Of a stretch of DNA of 20,000 nucleotides, positions 14,224 through 20,000 are shown in pieces. Source of the stretch: an uncultured virus (IMG/VR IMGVR_UViG_3300024258_000016) (Duplodnaviria > Heunggongvirae > Uroviricota > Caudoviricetes); the IMG/VR virus record IMGVR_UViG_3300024258_000016. One strand, 5' to 3'. How positions within the stretch are numbered: the first letter of the stretch is position 1; every line of letters starts with the position of its first letter. The position numbers were made by a program, and so were the translations under genes. Below the pieces are notes generated by a model that was given only the letters and a program-made list of their open reading frames with translations, had not been told where the DNA came from and did no database searches.

Positions 14224-16740
14224 CTAGGGATTATCTAACACTTCAGCACCATTCTCAGAAGTTAGGGCTTGAATACGGGATCTTTTCAAGTCTGCACCCG
14301 TTTGCCAAACTCCTTTTAGTGTAGTTTCATATCTATCTCTTGATAGATTATTTGCAACATCAATCACCATGTAATATCCGCCAATCCCTAGTGTATCGAG
14401 ATGTTCAGAAGGAACCCCCAATACTGTAGGATCTACATAAATATATTGTCCTGGTCTAAAGATTGGTAAACCATACAATACAACATCTGCATCATATTTG
14501 TCCCTTAATTGGTGAGCATCTAATGTTCCTTCCGATTCCACTCTGGCCTCTGGAAGATATTGTTGTGTTGTTTTTTGGAACGTTACCTTCTTTAAAAATC
14601 CAGTATCTTGTGCCAATCTGAAGTGGTGAATTCCTTTGTCTTCATCTTCTTTCTCGTTTCCCCACAAAGTATCTGAGGCTATACTGTTAACATAGAGAAC
14701 AATGTATGTCCATCTGTGTTCAAGGGCTTCTGCATCATTACTCTCCGAGACATCTTCATCAAACTTTGCAATTTTCATCATTGAAATGTCAATTTCGTTG
14801 GTATCTGTTGGGATATATTGCCCCCATCCTCCATAGTGCTTACGTCCAGGAACTACAATGTGCTCCAATCCTACAGTTACAAGGTTATCATTGGGCTTGT
14901 CAGACACACATTCAGAGCCCAATATTGGCTTAATCATTGTTGTAACGACATCTCTGATTAGTGTTTTCAAATAGTATTTTTGCTTTTCTCTTGCGACAAC
15001 ATACTCAAAGAACCACGTCTCAAGTAGTCCAAGGCTAATTGGCAAATATGCCAAACTTACACTTTTAGTAATACCGTCAATTGGATTTTCATAACTTAAC
15101 GTTCCCAAGAAAAATCGTACCTTTTTTTCTTTTGGATTATACGAACTAAAGCAAAGATCAAGAAAGTCTCCAAAATAAACAAACGGGATTTCAACAGCAT
15201 CTTTTCCAACTTTCATTCTGTTATTTACAAATTCTTTGACATTACTGGCATCTACTTTTTTTGCTTCATTCTTCATCTTGTTATTAAGAAGAAAGTGAGC
15301 TTCGTTTCCCGTTTTCCCTGTTACAATCTGCTTAACCTCGACATTATTATCATTAATTTTTAATACCTTTTTTAGTTCATCATCCTTATCGTCGTCATCT
15401 TTGTTTTTATAGATATCGAGGACAACAGGATCACTTACAATTGCTTTGTAAATCTTGTTAGATGAATACAATCTTCTTAAAAATGCAGAATATACCTCTC
15501 CTTTATATTTTTTTCTTTCCTTGTCAATTTCGTTTTGAATTGCTGATAAAATTTCATCAATAGATTTAAAATAAAGATTTTTTCCCGTCCTTCTCAAAAG
15601 TCCAAAAGAAATGGGAATTCTTTCAACTAATTTTGCAAAGTTTCTGATTTCAATGTCTTTATGAGTTCTTACACTAACAGAGGTCGTATTCGGAGTATCG
15701 TTGTAGGATGGCTTAGATGAAAGAGACTCTCCAGAAAAGACTACATTCTCAATCTTTATCTTTTGTTGTTGTAGGTGTTTTTGCAATTCTTTTGCCGCTT
15801 CGAAAATGTCAAAAAGCTCTTCGAAATCTTTATGTGCTTCCATAATTGCAACATCTGATAGATTTAGAACGTCAGCATCTTGACTTACCAAAGCTCCTTC
15901 AATCGCTGCCTGATACTCTGCATCAATTTCTACCGTTCCATCTTCTTTGTATACAATGTTGTGACTGATTAGTCCAAGGAACATTTCCATATTCAACTTT
16001 TTTAATGTTTCTTTAAGCTTTGGGCTATCGTCAAACAGTTCTTTTAAAATTGGTCCTGTTGGCAAGTTCCATCCAACAACCAATCTAACCCTGTGATGGA
16101 ATGTCCCAGACTGTGTTAAGAGAGCGTTCTTTGTCGCAACAGTTTGTGTACCATACATAATCAGATCTGCAAAACTATGCTCCAAGTCTTCTTTCATCTT
16201 TCTTACTTCAAAGACATCTTGCATTGATGCAAAATAATATTTAATCTTGCATTTAATCATCTTGTTTGTCTCTGCCATGTTAGTTCCATAGAAATCAAAA
16301 CTAATATCTTTAATACCTGATCCTTCTACTCTTCCCTTTCTGTCTTGAAGAATCTTATCAACAGAATAGGGGTCTACATGATCAGGAAAGGCTACTTCAA
16401 AAGGAACGGTCTTGCCAGTAGAATTGTGTTTGACTACATAAAGACGAATCTTTGGAACTAAAGATGCCATCTGTGCTGGGGTAATCTCGTTAATAACAGA
16501 ATTCATATTCTTCTTTGATACCATTTCATTAATGAGAAGTTGAATATTCCCTGTTAAAACTGAGAGGTTGTTAAATTTCCCCTTTACAATTGCTGCTTTT
16601 TGCTCGTCTTCAGTCTTTCCTTCATAAGTTCCCCAAGCTTCTCTGTTGAAATCACTTCTATCTTGGAAGATCTCTGGTGCATTCATTAACACGCATTGAG
16701 GTTGTAGTCTTTTCTTCTCTAATTTCTTTGGTGTTCCCAT
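14224..16740 (-). CDS. Baseplate hub-like structural protein (T4 gp27 / Mu gp44 / gpD-like C-terminus)
   Basis: C-terminal YDADVVLYGLPIFRPGQYIYV...LGIGGYYMVIDV.N......YETTLKG is typical of hub proteins; lies downstream of TMP, tube-like and LysM genes. Confidence 0.65.
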   Translation of the reverse strand: MGTPKKLEKKRLQPQCVLMNAPEIFQDRSDFNREAWGTYEGKTEDEQKAAIVKGKFNNLSVLTGNIQLLINEMVSKKNMNSVINEITPAQMASLVPKIRLYVVKHNSTGKTVPFEVAFPDHVDPYSVDKILQDRKGRVEGSGIKDISFDFYGTNMAETNKMIKCKIKYYFASMQDVFEVRKMKEDLEHSFADLIMYGTQTVATKNALLTQSGTFHHRVRLVVGWNLPTGPILKELFDDSPKLKETLKKLNMEMFLGLISHNIVYKEDGTVEIDAEYQAAIEGALVSQDADVLNLSDVAIMEAHKDFEELFDIFEAAKELQKHLQQQKIKIENVVFSGESLSSKPSYNDTPNTTSVSVRTHKDIEIRNFAKLVERIPISFGLLRRTGKNLYFKSIDEILSAIQNEIDKERKKYKGEVYSAFLRRLYSSNKIYKAIVSDPVVLDIYKNKDDDDKDDELKKVLKINDNNVEVKQIVTGKTGNEAHFLLNNKMKNEAKKVDASNVKEFVNNRMKVGKDAVEIPFVYFGDFLDLCFSSYNPKEKKVRFFLGTLSYENPIDGITKSVSLAYLPISLGLLETWFFEYVVAREKQKYYLKTLIRDVVTTMIKPILGSECVSDKPNDNLVTVGLEHIVVPGRKHYGGWGQYIPTDTNEIDISMMKIAKFDEDVSESNDAEALEHRWTYIVLYVNSIASDTLWGNEKEDEDKGIHHFRLAQDTGFLKKVTFQKTTQQYLPEARVESEGTLDAHQLRDKYDADVVLYGLPIFRPGQYIYVDPTVLGVPSEHLDTLGIGGYYMVIDVANNLSRDRYETTLKGVWQTGADLKRSRIQALTSENGAEVLDNP

Positions 16741-16744
16741 CTCG

Positions 16745-17089
16745 TTATCCTATCGTAAGTAATGTTATTATCCTATCTAGAGGATAAGGAATGTTTATCT
16801 GCTCTCCTAATTGAACGTGGAACTCTGTTGGTTTTTGATTGTAAAATGCAATAACCCACCACACCTTGGGATCTCCATAGTGTTCTGCTGCCAATTTCCA
16901 ATAACTATCGCCAGATGTCCATATGTGCTGAACTGTTGTTATGTCTCTCAACTGTTCTCTTGATGGATATGACAATTCTGGTGTGTTATATTGGTTGATA
17001 TGTTTTACATTTCTTTTATCGAAATAAGAACGATACTGTTCTGCATTGTTCCTCATCTTTTGTCTGTTATCGTATCTTGTTCTTGTCAT
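16745..17089 (-). CDS. LysM-containing baseplate wedge / tail X-like protein (gp53-like)
   Basis: HIWTSGDSYWKLAAEHYGDPKVWWVIAFYN...LGEQINIP. Confidence 0.85.
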   Translation of the reverse strand: MTRTRYDNRQKMRNNAEQYRSYFDKRNVKHINQYNTPELSYPSREQLRDITTVQHIWTSGDSYWKLAAEHYGDPKVWWVIAFYNQKPTEFHVQLGEQINIPYPLDRIITLLTIG

Positions 17090-17105
17090 GTTGTACCTCG
17101 TATTG

Positions 17106-17882
17106 TTAACTTAAATTTAAACTCATAGCGTTTCCGTTAGCATCAAGAATTGCCTCCTCTGCACTCTCGAAGATTGCCTCCTCTGCAACATTCTCCTCAA
17201 TCGTTGGCAAAGTGTTGTCAACAATCATTGAAGAATTATCTTTCAATGATACTACATCTTTTGAATTCAAACCATATGGAAAGTTTCCCTTATCTCTTTT
17301 GGCACCGTCTTTCGAATCCCATCCCAATTTGTGAGTGTGAGCAACTGTCAATGTAAAGCTCAAGTTAATCTTTTGAGGGAAGGCAGAGTTGCCATTGTCA
17401 TTTGTCATAAAGAATCCAGATTCAACATCAGGATCATATTTAAATCCTTTAACTGTCCCTAATAATCCTCCGCGATGAGCATCTTTGGCAGATGGCTTGT
17501 CTGAATCACAGATCAGGTTGAGAAATTTGATCTTAAACAAAGGAGGAGCTACCATTCTTCCTACTCCACCATTCTTTCCTTCGTAGACTGGGTATAGCAT
17601 TGAAAACAATGCCTCACAAGATTTGAGATTTTCTTTTGCCTCTTTGACATCTGCAGCAATAACATCCCATCCCAATGATAAAACTCTTTTTGTTCCTTTA
17701 AATGTCTGGATTGGATCCATTCTCCCAAAGACTTCTTCTTGGTTCCAATCTGATTCATAGTTATCTTCGTATTGAGTTAGCCAAGACATAAACTTAATTT
17801 GCCTTCCTGTTGATACGTGATATAACCACACATAAGCATTGTTTGCATTTGCGACTTGTTTTGGTCCGTTTATATATGCCAT
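17106..17882 (-). CDS. Tube-fold baseplate / tail tube initiator protein (CIS tube-like)
   Basis: YEDNYESDWNQEEVFGRMDPIQTFKGTKRVLSL, LYPVY, PPL..IKF.NL, PQKINLSFTLTV; directly follows the TMP. Confidence 0.65.
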   Translation of the reverse strand: MAYINGPKQVANANNAYVWLYHVSTGRQIKFMSWLTQYEDNYESDWNQEEVFGRMDPIQTFKGTKRVLSLGWDVIAADVKEAKENLKSCEALFSMLYPVYEGKNGGVGRMVAPPLFKIKFLNLICDSDKPSAKDAHRGGLLGTVKGFKYDPDVESGFFMTNDNGNSAFPQKINLSFTLTVAHTHKLGWDSKDGAKRDKGNFPYGLNSKDVVSLKDNSSMIVDNTLPTIEENVAEEAIFESAEEAILDANGNAMSLNLS

Positions 17883-17898
17883 TTTCTATATCCTATTT

Positions 17899-20000
17899 TT
17901 ATCTCGCCAATGTCAAGTTGGTGTCATTTAACAATTCTTTTACATTCTCAACAATAACCTCTCCGAGAACTCGATCATCAATCTTCAACACAACTTTCTT
18001 CCCAGATGAGCCCGATGTTGTGTCATTCTTCCCAGATGAGCCCGATGTTGTGTCATTACTACCACCTCCATCAAGTGCCTTTGTCAAACCATTCAGTGCT
18101 TTTGCCAAATTGTTCATTGATTCTGCATTCTTTGCTTCTTGCATAACTGTCGTCATACTGTCAAATACTTCAACAATCTTTGTACTTGAATCTCCAATTG
18201 CTCTTGTATTGGTTAACGCAGAATCGAATGCATACAACTTATCCATAGGTAATTCATCAAGAACGCTGCCCATTCCTTTGATTCCATCAACAACCCCTGA
18301 AAAGCTTGCCCCTGATAAATTGCCAATGCTTGTGAATAGGTTTGCAAAACTGTTAATTAGATATCCAATACTTCCAACAATCAAGCCTACACTAAATGCA
18401 ACAATTGCCAAAGATGCTCCAAACAACGCAACTCCTGGAGATGCCATCTTTCCTGCCACACCAAGAGAAATTAATCCAGGCGCTGCAGTTGCCCCTGCCA
18501 ATCCAAGAAGCTTGATTGTTCCTGCCGCAAGTGCTGTTTTTGCTCCGAACGTCATTAAAACAATGCCAAGAACTGCCAAAACTGCTCCAAACCATTTCAT
18601 GCCCTTTGACACGTTCAACAATCCATCGACCATCCAGGAAAGAAGTGATACAATTGGCTCAACAAGTACTGCAAGTTGATATCCAAGCAACTTTACTTTT
18701 TGTAAAAATGATGTTGCATCCTTTGCTGCATCTGCCAATTGCTCTTGAGTTACTGCCAAAGCTTTCATCCCAGAAACTGCCTTTCGATATTCGCTAAATG
18801 ATTGTCCAAATAATTTGTTTGCAACAGTCATGTCTTTAATTCCTGCAGCATTCATAATTGCCAATCTGTTATACTTGTCTAGCGAGTCCCACGATTTGTT
18901 TGTCAAATCAAGAGACTGTCTCAACATTGAAATTCTCTTCTCTTCTGATGCATTAACGAGATCGATTGCATTCAACAAAGGTCCACCCAAAACTGCATTC
19001 AATTGTCCTGCCACTTCTGCAGCACCTTTAAATGTGTCAAATTGCCCCACAATTGCCAACAAGTTTTGCATTTCAATTCCTGTTGCTTTAAATATTCGTT
19101 GCAATCCTTCAAATACTTTTTGTCCTTTATCCCCGTGTGCTGCCATCATACTCATTGCTGATGCAAAGTCGCTTGTCATCTTCCCCATTGAGATATTAAG
19201 TTCTTTTGCCAATCCTGCAACTTGCCTAATTGTCAATTCTGCTGCACTTTCTGTCATGTAAAAAGCTTTGACAAGATCATCCAACATCTTCGGAGCATTC
19301 GATACTCCCAATTTTGTTAGTGCTCCAACAGTTTTGACAAGAGATATTTGCGTTTCATCGCTTACTTCTGTAAATGTTCTCATCTCTGTGTATAGTTTTG
19401 CAAAAGCTTCTGAAGTTTCTCCCATCGACATCCCAACATCTAAGTTCGCATAATACGATTCTGTCATTACTGATGTGTAGTCTTCCATCGCACCAGTTGT
19501 TGCAAAGAATCTTTCTCTTGCAGAAAACAGTTCTGCTACTAATCCCGCTGTTGATACTTTAACTTTGCTTAAAATTGATGCTCCAATATTCCCGGCAGTG
19601 TAAATTTCACCCATCGATTTCAAAAGGTGTTTAGAAGTATATCCAAGCTTTTTCATTTCTACGATCTGACCAGTAAGAGAATTCTTAAATGCATCTGAAG
19701 ATACCAATGTGTATCTTAAGGCGATGCTTTTTAAAACTTTGTCAAATCCTCCTAAAGCTTGTTCTGTCTTTTTTGATTGTTCTTCCTTTTCTTTGTCTAC
19801 TTCTACTTCTAATCTTAGTAGTTTTATTCTTTCTTTTTGAACTTGGATTGCCGACTCTTGCGCTTTAACTGAGGTTTTTTGTGTTTCGATGTTTTCAAGA
19901 GCAATGTCTAATAAATCCTGCTTTAAACCAATCTCTTCCTCTGTTAATTCAATTTCTCCAGATTGGGCATCAAGAATTTCTTTATTCAAAACTTCAGCTT
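17899..20000 (-). CDS. Tail tape measure protein (5' end outside window)
   Basis: Frame is open to the right edge; long Ala/Leu/Lys-rich helical protein with a hydrophobic Gly/Ala-rich segment and C-terminal VVLKIDDRVLGEVI; upstream of baseplate genes. Confidence 0.85.
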   Translation of the reverse strand, partial: AEVLNKEILDAQSGEIELTEEEIGLKQDLLDIALENIETQKTSVKAQESAIQVQKERIKLLRLEVEVDKEKEEQSKKTEQALGGFDKVLKSIALRYTLVSSDAFKNSLTGQIVEMKKLGYTSKHLLKSMGEIYTAGNIGASILSKVKVSTAGLVAELFSARERFFATTGAMEDYTSVMTESYYANLDVGMSMGETSEAFAKLYTEMRTFTEVSDETQISLVKTVGALTKLGVSNAPKMLDDLVKAFYMTESAAELTIRQVAGLAKELNISMGKMTSDFASAMSMMAAHGDKGQKVFEGLQRIFKATGIEMQNLLAIVGQFDTFKGAAEVAGQLNAVLGGPLLNAIDLVNASEEKRISMLRQSLDLTNKSWDSLDKYNRLAIMNAAGIKDMTVANKLFGQSFSEYRKAVSGMKALAVTQEQLADAAKDATSFLQKVKLLGYQLAVLVEPIVSLLSWMVDGLLNVSKGMKWFGAVLAVLGIVLMTFGAKTALAAGTIKLLGLAGATAAPGLISLGVAGKMASPGVALFGASLAIVAFSVGLIVGSIGYLINSFANLFTSIGNLSGASFSGVVDGIKGMGSVLDELPMDKLYAFDSALTNTRAIGDSSTKIVEVFDSMTTVMQEAKNAESMNNLAKALNGLTKALDGGGSNDTTSGSSGKNDTTSGSSGKKVVLKIDDRVLGEVIVENVKELLNDTNLTLAR
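17996..18057. repeat. Exact 30-bp tandem duplication in the TMP C-terminus (NDTTSGSSGK x2)
   Basis: ttcttcccagatgagcccgatgttgtgtca repeated with period 30. Confidence 0.95.

Noticed and set aside
6774..14226. Stop-codon reassignment (TAG), as seen in some large phages
   Set aside because: Core genes are intact under the standard code, and TAG occurs at credible gene ends (6774, 6979, 14224). Readthrough at 14224 does not fuse to the next gene.
557..17356. Numerous other short plus-strand ORFs and nested alternative-frame minus-strand ORFs
   Set aside because: They overlap well-supported minus-strand genes and lack recognisable motifs.
17810..19261. Long plus-strand ORFs (289 aa and 148 aa) antisense to the tape measure gene
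   Set aside because: Shadow ORFs produced by codon bias of the real minus-strand gene; no motifs, and opposite to the uniform gene orientation.

Overview
A gene-dense, AT-rich segment of a large tailed bacteriophage genome, probably a myovirus. All credible genes are on the minus strand. In transcription order (right to left) it contains: the end of a tail/baseplate module (tape measure, tube-like baseplate protein, LysM/wedge protein, hub-like protein, a hypothetical); an exonuclease-less family A DNA polymerase coupled to a divergent tubulin/FtsZ-like protein; an Sm/WYL-like small protein, an HRxDGPA-repeat protein, a gp32-like SSB and RecA/UvsX; an array of short paralogous genes; a 5'-3' exonuclease; more small genes including a duplicated acidic pair; an M15 peptidase; a ThyX with an atypical TYR in place of the RHR motif; a free-standing GIY-YIG/NUMOD3 endonuclease; and a DnaB/gp41-like helicase with an intein at its Walker A motif, running off the left edge. 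All family calls are from motif recognition by eye, not database searches.
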